This document shows, piece by piece, positions 1 through 13,840 of a stretch of DNA of 64,000 nt (positions are counted from its first letter, which is position 1; the number at the start of each line of letters is the position of its first letter). Below the pieces are notes generated by a model, which saw nothing but the letters and a program-made list of their open reading frames with translations, had not been told where the DNA came from and did no database searches. Both the position numbers and the translations under genes were made by a program. Source of the stretch: the human T2T-CHM13v2.0 reference genome, Homo sapiens; assembly GCF_009914755.1 (NCBI RefSeq), contig NC_060947.1; one strand, written 5' to 3'.

Positions 1-1018
1 AAATAAATTACAGAGTAATGCTGCTTTAAAAAAATGTGCTATAACAAACATGGGAGTGTAGACGTGTTTTTGATATATTGATTTCCTTTCTTTTGGATAT
101 ATACTTAGTAGTAGGATTGCTGTATTATATAATAGATCCCTTTTTCGTTCTCTGAGGAACTTCCAAACTGTTCTCCATATTGGTTGTAATAATTTACATT
201 CCCATCCACAGTATACAAGGGTTCCCTTTTCTCCATATACTTGCTAGCATTTGTTATTGCATGTCTTTCAGGTAAAAGCTACTTTAACTGGGGAGAGATG
301 ATGTCTCACTGTAGAACTGATTTGCAGTTCTCTGATGACCAGTGATGTTGAACACCTTTTCACATACCTGTTTGCCATTTCCATGTCTTCTTTTGAGAAA
401 TGTATATTCGGATTTTTGCTCTTTTTAAAAAATTGAATCATTAGTTGTTTTTTTCCAGTGGAGTTGATTGAGCTTCTTATATATTCTGGTTATTAATTCC
501 TTGCTAGATGGGTAGTTTGAAATATTTACTTGCATTCTGTCAGTTGTGTCTTCATTTTGTTTATTGTTTCCTTTGCTGTGCAGAAGGTTTTTAACTTGAT
601 GTGATCCCATTTGTCCATTTTTGCTTTGGTTGTCTTTACTTGTGGGGTATTGCTCAAGAAATATTTGCCCAATCCAAAGTCCTGGAGAGTTTTCCTAATG
701 TTTTCTTTTAGTAGTTTCATAGATTGAGGTCTTAGAGTTAAGTCTTTAATTTATTTTGTGTGTTTTTAAAATATTTTTTTATTTTAAAGCATCTACAGGG
801 ACTTTTTTTTTCAGTAGGATTTTGGGGAAAAGGTGGTGTTTGGTTACAGGAATAAGTTCTTTAGTGGTGATTTTTGTGATTTTGGTGCATCTATCATCCA
901 AGCAGTGTACAGTTTACCCAATGTATCGTCTTTTATCCCTTACTCCCTTCCCACCCTTTCTCCTGAGTCTCCAAAGTCCATTTTATCATTCTTATGCCTT
1001 TGTGTCCTCATAGCTTAG

Positions 1019-1321
<303 letters not shown>

Positions 1322-1467
1322 TAGTTCCCACTTATAAGTGAGAACATATGACGTTTGGTTTTCCATTCCTGAGTTACTTCACTTAGAATAATGGTCTCCA
1401 ATTCTATACAGGTTGCTGCAAATGCCATTATTTTGTTGTTTTTTTATGGCTGAGTAGTATTCCATGG

Positions 1468-1504
1468 TGTGTGTGTGTGTATATATATATACACACACAT
1501 ATAT
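1468..1504. repeat. Compound (TG)n(TA)n(CA)n microsatellite
   Basis: tgtgtgtgtgtgt atatatatat acacacacat atat read directly. Confidence 0.9.
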
Positions 1505-4500
1505 TTCACATTTTCTTTATCCATTCGTTGATTGATGGGCATTTGGGCCGTTTCCATATTTTTGCAATTGCAAATCGTGCTGCTATAAAAATGCCTGTGC
1601 AAGTATCCTTTATGTATAATGACTTCTTTTCCTCTGGGTAGATACCTAGTAATGGGATTGCTGGATTGAATGGTAGATCTACTTTTAGTTCCTTGAGGAA
1701 TTTCCACACTGTTTTCCATAGTGGTTGTACTAGTTTACGTTCCCACCAACGGTGTAAAATTGTCCCCTTTTCACCACATCCTTGCCAACATCTATTATTT
1801 TTTTATTTTTTGATTATGGCCATTCTTGCAGGAGTAAGGTAGTATTGCCTTGTAGTTTTGATTTGCATTTCCCTGATAATTAGTGATGTTGAGCATTTTT
1901 CCATATGCTTGCTGGCCATTTGTCTATCTTCTTTTAATAATTGTCTATGCCATGTCCTTAGCCCACTTTTTGATGGGATTGCTTGTCTTATTCTTGCTAA
2001 TTTGTTTAAGTTCTTTGTAGATTCTGGGTATTAGTCCTTTGTTAGATGTATAGATTGTGAAGATTTTCTTCCACTCTCTGGGTTGTCTGTTAACTCTGCT
2101 GATTATTTCTTTGGCTGTGCAGAAGCTTTTTAGTTTAACTAATTCTCATATATTTATCTTTGTTTTTGTTGCATTTGCTTTGGGTTCTTGGAAGTTTTGT
2201 TCATTTTTAAAAATTCTTCTTTCATTGTCTTTGATGAATTTGATTAATTCAAAATTCTTGTCTTCAAGCTCTGAAGTTCTTTCTTCTGTGCGTTTGATTC
2301 TATTGTTGAGAATTTCCAGTGCATTTTGTATTTCTCTAAGTGTGTCCTTGATTTCCAGAAGTTGTGGTTGTTTTTTATTTATGCTACCTATTACATTGAA
2401 GATTTTGCCTTTCATATCTTGTATCATTTTTAAAATTTCGTTAAGTTGGACTTCACCTTTCTCTGGTGCCTCCATGATTAGCTTAATAATCAACTTGAAT
2501 TCTTTTTTGGCATTTCAGAGATTTCATCTTGGTTTAGATCCATTACTGGTGAGCTGGTGTAATCTTTTGGGAATGTTAAAGAACCTTGTTTTGTCATATC
2601 TCCATAATTTTTTTTTTCTGGTTCCTTCTCATTTGGGTAAACTATGTCAGAGGGAAGATCTGGGACTCAAGGGGTGTTGTTCAGATTCTTTTGTCCCAAA
2701 AGGTGCTCCCTTGATGTGGTGTTCTCCCCCTTCCCCTAGGGATGGGGCTTCCTAAGAGCCGAATCACAATGATTATTTTTGCTCTTCTGGGTCTAGCCAC
2801 AAGCAGAGCTACTGAGCTCCCAGGCTGGTACTGGAAAGGGTCTGCAAAGAGTCCTGCAATGTGATTCATCTTTAGGCCTTTCAGCTGTGGATACCAGTAC
2901 CTGCTCCAGTGGAGCAGGGGAGTGAAGTAGACTCTGAGAAGGTCCTTGGTTGTATTTCTGTTTAGTGTGCTGTTTTTGTGTTGCTTGGCCTCCAGCCAGG
3001 AGGTGGCACTTTCAAGAGCACATCAGCTGTGGTACTATATGGAGGATGCAAACTTGCCCTAGTGTTGCCTGGTTAAGTATTCAGGTTTCTCAGGTGGTGA
3101 ACAGGGCCATAAAACTTCTAAGAGATTATGTACTTTGTCTTTGGCAACCAGGGCAGGTAGAGAAAGACCACCAGGTGGGGGCAGGTATAGGCGTGTCTGA
3201 GCTCAGACTCTCCTTGAGTGGGGCTTGCTATGGCTGCTGTGGGGTATGGGGGTGTGGTTCCCAGGCCAATGGAGTTATGTTCTCAGAGGGATTATGGCTA
3301 CCTCTGCTGAGTCATACAGGTCTCCAGGGAAGTGGGTGAAAGACAGCAGTCACAGGCCTCACCCGACTCCCATGCAGCACCGAGTCTATTTCCAGGCAGC
3401 AAGTGACCAGGGATGAGAACTTGTCCCAGACCACCAGCCTCTCTGCTGAGAAAGGGAGCTGACTTACAGCTTTCTGGCAACTCAGGGAACCTGCAGCGGC
3501 AATCCAGTTTCTCAAAGCGTCTGTGAATTCTCTCAGGTTTCCTTATGTGTTCCTCCGGTAGTTCTTGGAACAAAAGTTTATGATGTGAGTCTCCACATGC
3601 TGCTCTCTCTGTCCAGGAGCTGCGAGCTAGTCCTGCCTCCTATCTGCCATCTTAATGTATCAGCTTTAAGTCATTTTGATTTTATTTTTGTATATGATGA
3701 GAGATAAGGGTCTAGATTCATTCTTTTTCATTTACATATCTAGTTTTCTGAGCACAATTTATTGAAAAGACTGTCCTTTCCCCATTGTATGTTCTTGGCA
3801 CCTTTGTCAAAAAAGAGTTTACTGTAGATGCGTATAGTTATTTCTGGATTATTTATTCTGTTCCACTGGTCTATGTATCAGTTTTTATGCCAGTACCATG
3901 TTGTATTGGTTACTATAGCTCTATAGTATAACTTGAAGTCAGGTAATGTGATTCCTCCAGTTTTGTTCATTTTGCTTAGGATAGCGTTGGCTAATCTGGG
4001 TCTTTTGTGGTTTCATATAAGTTTTAGGACTTTTTTTTTCTATTGCTGTGAATAATGTCATTGGCATTTTGATAAGGATTGCATTAAACTGGTAGATTGC
4101 TTTGGGTAGCATAGACATTTTAACAATATTGATTCTTCCAATCCATAAACATGGAATACCTTTCCATTTTTTGGTGTCTTTGTCAAGTTGTTTCTTTGGT
4201 GTTTTATACTTTTCATTACAGAGATCTTTTACTTCTTTGGTTGGGTTAATTTCTGGGTATTTAATTTCATGCGTAGCTATTGTAAATGGGATTACTTTTA
4301 CAATTTCTTTTTCAGTTGTTCATTGTTGGCATATAGAAATGCTACTGATTTTTGTATGTTGAATTTGTATCCTGAAACTTTAGTGAATTTGTTTATCGGT
4401 TACAATAGTTTTCTTGTGGAGTCTTATGTTTTTCCAAGCATAAGATTATACCATCAGCAAACCAGGATAATTTGACTTCTTTCTTCCTAATTTGAATGCC

Positions 4501-6412
4501 CTTTATATCTTTCTCTTGTCTGATTGCTTTAGCTAGGACTTCCAGTACTATGCTGAATAACAGTGATGACAGTGGGCATCCTTTTCATGTTCCAGATCTT
4601 AGAGAAAAGGCTTTCAGTTTTTCTCCATTTACTATGATACTAGCTGTGGGTCTGTCATATATAGCTATTATTATGTTAAGATATGTTTCTCTTATCTCAA
4701 GATTTTTGTGGATTTTATTATGAAGCAATGTTGAATTTTATCAAATGCTGTTTCAGCATCAATTAAAATGATCATATGGTTTTTGTCCTTCATTTTGTTG
4801 ATGAGATGTATCACATTGGTTGATTTGCGTATGTTGAACCATCCATACATCCCTATGATTAATCCTACTTGATCATGATGATAATCTTTTTAATGTATTG
4901 TTTGAATTTGCTTTGCTATTACTTTGTTTAGGAGTTTTGCATTTATATTCATCAGTTATGTTTTCCTATAGTTTTTTTTTGTTTTTTGTTCTGTTTTTTT
5001 TTTTTTTTTTTTTTTTGGTATGTCTTTGTCTCATTTTGGTATCAGGGTTATACTGCTCTTGTAGAATGAGTTTGAAAGTATTTCCTCCTATATTTTGGGG
5101 AATAGTTGGAGTAGGATTAATATTAGTTCTTCTTTAAATGTTTGGTAGAATTCAGGACATGGAGCAAAATGTTAGAAGAGAAAGGTCCACTGATTGACCC
5201 CCAACAAGGACACCAAGTTAACAAATATCTACACAGAAGAAAATACTTTCAAAAGAACAAAAAAATTAGGTGAGCACTCATAGTACCTGGATTTAACTTC
5301 ACATCACTGTTAGAGGCACTGAAGAGATTTAAATAAACCGTACGGAATCAGCAATGCCATCCCTCTCCCACCCCCAGCAGCAGCTTGGTGCAGAGAGCTT
5401 CTGTGGGCACTGCGGGAGGGAGAACACAGCACTTGTGAGACATTGAACTCAGTGCTGTCCTGTTAGAGCAGAAAAGTAAAACTGGACCAAACTCAGCTGA
5501 CACCTGCCTATGGAGGGAACATTTAAACCAGCCAGAGAAAAATGGTCAGTTTCAGTGGTCTGAACTTGAGTGCTTGAAAACCTTACCACTGAGGGCCACA
5601 GCACTCTGTGTCTCCAAGTAAACTTGAAATATGGTCTAGGCCATAATGACTGCAACTTCTAGGTGAGTCCTAGTGCTGAACTAGACCAAGAGACAGTGAA
5701 CTTGGGTGGGGGTCATTGGAACGCAACATACTGAGACATCAGCTGGGGCAGCCAAGGAAGTGCTAGCATCACTCCTCCCTCAACCCCAGGCCACACAGTG
5801 GCTCCGAAACAGACCTTTTCTTCCACTTGAGGGAAGGAGATGGAAGAGTAGGGAAGATTTTGTCTTGCATGTAGGATACCAGCTCGGTCACAGCAGGACA
5901 GGGAACTAGTCAGTCATGAGGCCCTAGTTCCGGGCCCTAAATCCTGGATGACATTTCTAGACAACCATATGCCAGAAAGGAACCCACTGCCTTGAAGAAA
6001 AGGACTCAGTCCTGGCAACATTCATCACCTGCTAACTGAAGAGCCCTTGGGCCCTGAATAATGAACAGTGATAGCTGGGTACCACATCTAGGGACTTGGG
6101 TAAGCATCTGAGACTTGCTGGCTTCAGATGAGACTCAGTACATTACCAGCTGTGGTGGCTATGGGGAAAAATCCCTTCTCCTTCAGAAAAGCAGAGAGCA
6201 AAGTAAAGGGGAGTATGTCTTGCACCATAGGTACCAGCATGGCCCCAGGGATATAAAACACCAAGTAGGCTCTTGAGGTCCTCAAATCTAGGACTTGACA
6301 CTTGGATGGCATTTTTAGTCCTGACCTGGGCCAGAGAGGAAATCCTGCTGCCCTGAAGGGTAAGTCACAGGTCAGGCAGCATTCATGACAAGCTGACTTA
6401 AAAGACTTTGGG

Positions 6413-8165
6413 GCCACAGGGTGAAAGAAGCTCGTAGCTGAACTTTGTAATGATTTCAACTGAGCTTGAACTTTCCTGAGTAGAATCTGGGGAGGGGGCA
6501 AATGACAAATGCAGACACAAGCACAGAACTGCAGCTGAAGGTGCAGACAGGTGGGGAGGCAAGGCCTGAGAACCCTGCTTGCTTTCTCAGCCAGGAGGCT
6601 TGTAGCCTGGGGCGAGATCTCAGCCCTGCTCACTAGCTGCCTGGATATAAACTCAGTGCAGTTGGGGAGGCACAGCTGGAGTGAGATTGGCTTTGCTGGC
6701 TGTGTGGGAGCTGGGTGAAGCATGTCATTGCTGGCTTTCCCCTACTTCCCTGACGAAGTGTACGACACAGCAGAGGTGGCCATAATCCTCCTGGGAACAT
6801 AACTCCATTGGCCTCACAACCATCCCCCCATCCGCCAGTGTCCACAGTAAGCCCTGCATCCATCACCTAAGAAACCCGAGTACTCATCTTGGCCAATGTA
6901 GGGCAAGATTATATTCCCCTTGTATTACTGCAGCTGGCACTCTCTTGAAAGCATCACCTCCTGGCTGGAGGCCAACAAACTCACGCCATTACAGCAACTT
7001 TGAAGCAGAACAACCCTGCTTCAAAGAAGGAGAAAATGAAAGCTAATTCAACGGCCTGCAACACCCTGGCTAACCAGAGGTCCTGAGTCTGTCCACATGG
7101 CAACTTCACTCCTAGCATAACGAGTATTTGAGAAAACCAGGACACTAAAGAAAGCAACAACCAAGGATTTCCACAGAGTCCACTTCACTCCCTTGTCACC
7201 TCCAAGCAGGTGCTGGTATCCACAACTGGGAGACCTAAAGATGGGATCACATCACAGGACTCTGCAGATATTCCCCAGCACCAGCCTGAAGCCTGGTAGT
7301 CCCACTGAGTGGCTAGACCAAGAAGGGCAATAACAATCACTGCCATCCAGCTCTCAGGAAACATTATCCCTTGAGGAAGAGGGAGAGCACCACATTAAGG
7401 GATCACCCTGTGGGACAAAAGAATCTGAACAGCAGCCCTTGAGTTCCAGATCTTTCCACTGAAGCAGTCTATTCAAATGAGAAGGAACCAGAAAAGTAAT
7501 TCTGGTAATATGACAAAACAAGGTTCTATAACACCCCCAAAATATCACACTAGCTCTCTGGCAATGGATTCACACCAAGAAGAAATCACTGAATTGCCAG
7601 AAAAAGAATTCAGAGGGTTATTAAGCTACTCAAGGGGGCACCAGAAAAAGGCAAAAACCAACTTAAAGAAATTCTAAAAAATATAGAATTTGGATGACAA
7701 AGTCTCCAGAGAAATAGACATCATAAAGAAAAGACAATTACAACTAGTGGAAATTAAAGACACACTTAGATAAATGCAAAATACACTGGAAAATTTCAAC
7801 AACAGACTCAAACAAATAGAAGGAAGAACAGAGCTCAAAGACAAGGCTTTCAAATTAACCCACTAAAACAAAGACAAAGAATATGTAACTAACCTGCACA
7901 ATGTGCACATGTACCCTAAAACTTAAAGTATAATAAAAAAAAAAAAAGAAAACACTCGGTAGATGAAGAAAAAAAAAAGAAAAAAGAATAAAAAAAGAAC
8001 AAAGCCTCCAAAAAATTTGAGATTATGTCAAGTGACCAGGCACTTGTGTTCCTGAAGAAGAAGATAAATCTAAAAGTTTTAAAAACTGATTTGAGGGAAT
8101 AATCAAGGAGAACTTCCCTGGTCTTGCTAGAGATCTAGACATCCAAATACAAGAAGCTTAAACAG
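6413..8165 (+). mobile_element. L1PB-type 5'UTR plus 5' half of ORF1, embedded in the L1MA1 5'UTR; no 3' end or TSD
   Basis: Similar to the reverse complement of 2200-3600; ORF 7477-7677 MRRNQKSNSGNMTKQGS is an L1PB ORF1 start; boundaries approximate. Confidence 0.75.
7881..7978 (+). mobile_element. Very short 5'-truncated young L1 (L1HS/L1PA2-type last 54 nt) + polyA + 21-nt extra tag + second polyA
   Basis: ATATGTAACTAACCTGCACAATGTGCACATGTACCCTAAAACTTAAAGTATAAT, A13, GAAAACACTCGGTAGATGAAG, A10. Confidence 0.85.
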
Positions 8166-11100
8166 AAAGAGGGAGATAATCTGTATGTTTAGAAGAAAGT
8201 AAGGAAAGAGAACCACAGTTTCTGCCTGGTAATTCAGAGTATTCTCCTGGAACTTGTCAAAGACCATCAAGGCAGTCCCTCTAAGAGTCTGCAAGAACCA
8301 CAGTGTGATAGGTCTTTGGGTGCCCCCTAAAGCAGATACAGCTTATATCAAACACCCAAGTCCTTGCAAATATCTGGAAAGCCTTCCCAAGAAAGATGAC
8401 TACAAATAAGCCCAGATAGTGAAGAATATAACAGACACCTAACTCTTCAATTCCCAGACACTGAAGAACATCTAGTATCATTAACACCATTCAGGAAAAC
8501 ATGACCTCATAAAATGAACTAAATAAGGCATTAGGGACCAATCCTGGAGCAACAGAGATGTGTGGCCTTTTAGACAGAGATTCAAATTAGCTGTATTGAG
8601 GATACTCAAAGAAATTTGTGGTAACACAGAGAAGTAATTCAGAATTTTATCAAATAAATTTAACAAAGACATTGACATAATGAAAAGAAATCAAGCAGAG
8701 ATTCTGGAGCTGAAAAATGCAGTTGGCATACTGAAGAATGTGTCAGCATCTTTAATAGCAGAATTGATGAAGCAGAAGAAGGAAAGAGTGAGCTTGAAGA
8801 CACGCTATTTGAAAATACACAGGAGACAAAAGAAAAATGAATAAAAAACAATGAAGCATGCCTACAGAATCTAGAAAATAGCCTTGAAGGGGGCAAATTT
8901 AAAGTTATTAGGCTTAAGAAAGAGGTAGAGGAAGTAAGAGGGGTAGAAAGTTTATTCAAAGAGATAATGACAGAGAATGCCTCAAACCTAAAAGAACAAT
9001 ATCAATATTCATGTATAAGAAAGTTACAGAACATCAAGAAGATTCATCCCAAAGAAGACTACCTCTAAACATTTAATAATCAAATTCCCAAAGGTCAAGA
9101 ATAAAGAAGGGATCCTAAAAGCAGCAAAATAAGAGAAACAAAAAACACAATAAAGCTCCAATTCTTCTGGTAGCAGAACTTTCAGTGGAAATCTTATAGG
9201 CTAGAAGAGAGGGGCATGACATATTTAAAGTGCTGAAGGAAAAAAAGGAACACAAAATGTTGACCCTAGAACAGTGTATCTGGTGAAAATATTCTTCAAA
9301 TGTGAAGGAGACTTTCCCAGACAAAGAAAAGCTGAGGAATTTTATGAATATCAGAACTATCCTGCAAAAAATGCTAAAGGGAGCACTTCAATCAGAGACA
9401 AAAGGATATTAATGAGAAATAGTTACCTAAATGAAAAAAACTCACTGGTCATAGTAAGTACACAGAAAAGCACAGAATATTATATCACTAACTGTGGTGT
9501 GTAAAATATTATTATCCTAAGTAGAAAGGCTAAAAATATACCTATAAAAATAATAACTACAAAATATCTTCCAGACATAGTCAATGCAATAATATATAAA
9601 TGGAAACCATAAAAAGTTAAAAAGCAGGGGAATGGAGTTAAGGTATAGAGTTTCCATTAGTTCTTTTATGCAAATAGTATTAACTTGCTATCAGGTTAAA
9701 ATAATGGGTTATAAAATAGTATTTGCAAGCCTCATGGTGGCCTTAAGCCAAAAAACATATAATGGGTACACAAAAAATATAAAGCAAGAAACGAAATTGT
9801 GTCACCAAAGAAAACCACTCTCACTAGAAGAAGACAGAAAGAAAAGAAAGAAGGAAAGGAGGCCACAAGACAACCAGAAAACAAATAATAAAATATCAGG
9901 AGCGAGTACTTACGTATCAATAACATTGAATGTAAATGGACTAAACTCTTCATCAAAAGTCAAATACTGGCTGAATAAATAAAAAAGCAAGACCCATTGA
10001 TCTGTTGCCTACAGGAAACACACTTCACCCAGAAAAACACACATAGACTGAAAATAAAGAGATAGAAAAAGATATTCCATGCCAATGGAAGCCAAAAAAA
10101 AAGCAGAAGTTACTATACTTATATCAGAAAAAATAGATGTCAAGACAAAAACTATCAGAAGAGACAAAGAAGGTCACTACATAATGATAAAGGTGTCAAT
10201 TCAGCAAGAGGATATAACAATTATTAATATATATGCACCCAACACTGGAGCACCCAGATATATAAATCAAATATTCGAGCTAAAGAGATAAATATGCACT
10301 CATAAAATAATAGCTGGAGACTTCAACACCCTACTTTCTTTTTTTTTATTATTATACTTTAAGTTCTAGGGTACATGTGCACAACATGCAGGTTTGTTAC
10401 ATATGTATACATGTGTCGTATTGGTTTGCTGCACGCATTAACTTGTCATTTATATAAGGTGTTTCTCCTAATGCTATCCCTCCCCCATCCCCCCACCCCA
10501 CGACATGCCCCAGTGTGTGATGTTCCTCACCCTGTGTCCAAGTGTTCTCATTGTTTGATTCCCACCTATGAGTGAGAACATGTGGTGTTTGGTTTTCTGC
10601 CCTTGTGATAGTTTGCTCAGAATGATGGTTTCCAGCTTCATCCATGTCCCTAAAAAGGACATGAACTCATCCTGTTTTTATGGCTGCATAGTATTCCATG
10701 GTGTATATGTGCCATATTTTCTTAATCCAGTCTATCATTGTTGGATATTTTGGTTGGTTCCAAGTCTTTGCTATTGTGAATAGTGCCACAAAAAACATAC
10801 GTGTGCATGTGTCTTTATAGTAGCATGATTTATAATCCTTTGGGTATATACCCAGTAATGGGGTCGCTGGGTCAAATGGTATTTCTAGTTCTAGATCCTT
10901 GAGGAATCACCACACTGTCTTCGACAATGGTTGAAATAGTTTACAGTCCCACCAATGGTGTAAAAGCATTGTTATTTCTCCACATCCTCTCCAGCACCTC
11001 TTGTTTCCCGACTTTTTAATGATCGCCATTCTAACTGGTGTGAGATGGTATCTCACTGTGGTTTTGATTTGCATTTCTCTGATGACCAGTGATGATGAGC

Positions 11101-11799
11101 ATTTTTTCATGTGTTTCTTGGCTGCATAAATGTCTTCTTTTGAAAAGTGTCTGTTCATATCCTTTGCTCACTTTTTGATGGGGTTGTTTGATTTTTTCTT
11201 GTAAATTTGTTTGAGTTCTTTGTAGATTCTGGATATTAGCCCTTGTCAGATGGGTAGATTGCAAAAATTTTTCTCCCATTCTGTAGGTTGCCTGTTCATT
11301 CTGATGGTAGTTTCTTTTGCTGTGCAGAAGCTCTTTAGTTGAATTAGATCCCGTTTGTCAATTTTGGCTTTTGTTGCCATTGCTTTTGGTGTTTTAGTCA
11401 TGAAGTCCTTGCCCATGCCTATGTCCTGAATGGTATTGCCTAGGTTTTCTTTTAGGGTTTTTATGGTTTTAGGTCTAACATTTAAGTCTTTAATCCATCT
11501 TGAATTAATTTTTGTATAAGGTGTAAGGAAGGAATCCAGTTTCAGCTTTCTACATCTGGCTAGCCGGTTTTCCCAGCACCATTTATTAAATAGGGAATCC
11601 TTTCCCCATTGCTTGTTTTTGTCAGGTTTGTCAAAGATCAGATGGTTGTAGATGTGTGGTGTTATTTCTGAGGCCTCTGTTCTGTTCCATTGGTCTATAT
11701 CTCTGTTTTGGTACCAGTACCATGCTGTTTTGGTTACTATAGCCTTGTAGTGTAGTTTGAAGTCAGGTAGCATGATGCCTCCAACTTTGTTCTTTTGGC

Positions 11800-13200
<1,401 letters not shown>

Positions 13201-13546
13201 GTATGATACTGTCTTTGGGTTTGTCATAAATAGCTCTTATTATTTTGAGATACATTCCATCAATACCTAGTTTATTGAGAGTTTTTAGCATGAAGGGCTG
13301 TTGAATTTTGTCAAAGGCTTTTTCTGCATCTACTGAGATAATCATGTGGTTTTTGTCTTCAGTTCTATTTATGTGATGTATTATGTATATTGATTTGCAT
13401 ATGTTGAACCAGCCTTGCATCTCAGGGATGAAGTCAACTTGATCTTGGGGGATAAGCTTTTTGTTGTGCTGCTAGATTCGGTTTGCAAGTATTTTATTGA
13501 GGATTATTGCATCAAAGTTCATCAGGGATATTGGTCTAAAATTCTA

Positions 13547-13840
<294 letters not shown>

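Noticed and set aside
2057-2755. 232-aa hydrophobic ORF (and similar F/L/S-rich ORFs) as a membrane protein
   Set aside because: It is the antisense reading of A-rich L1 sequence, a compositional artefact.
10661-10685. Shared CATCCTGTTTTT variant with ~46905 as conversion evidence
   Set aside because: Both elements are of similar subfamily, so it could be inherited; uninformative without a genome-wide count.
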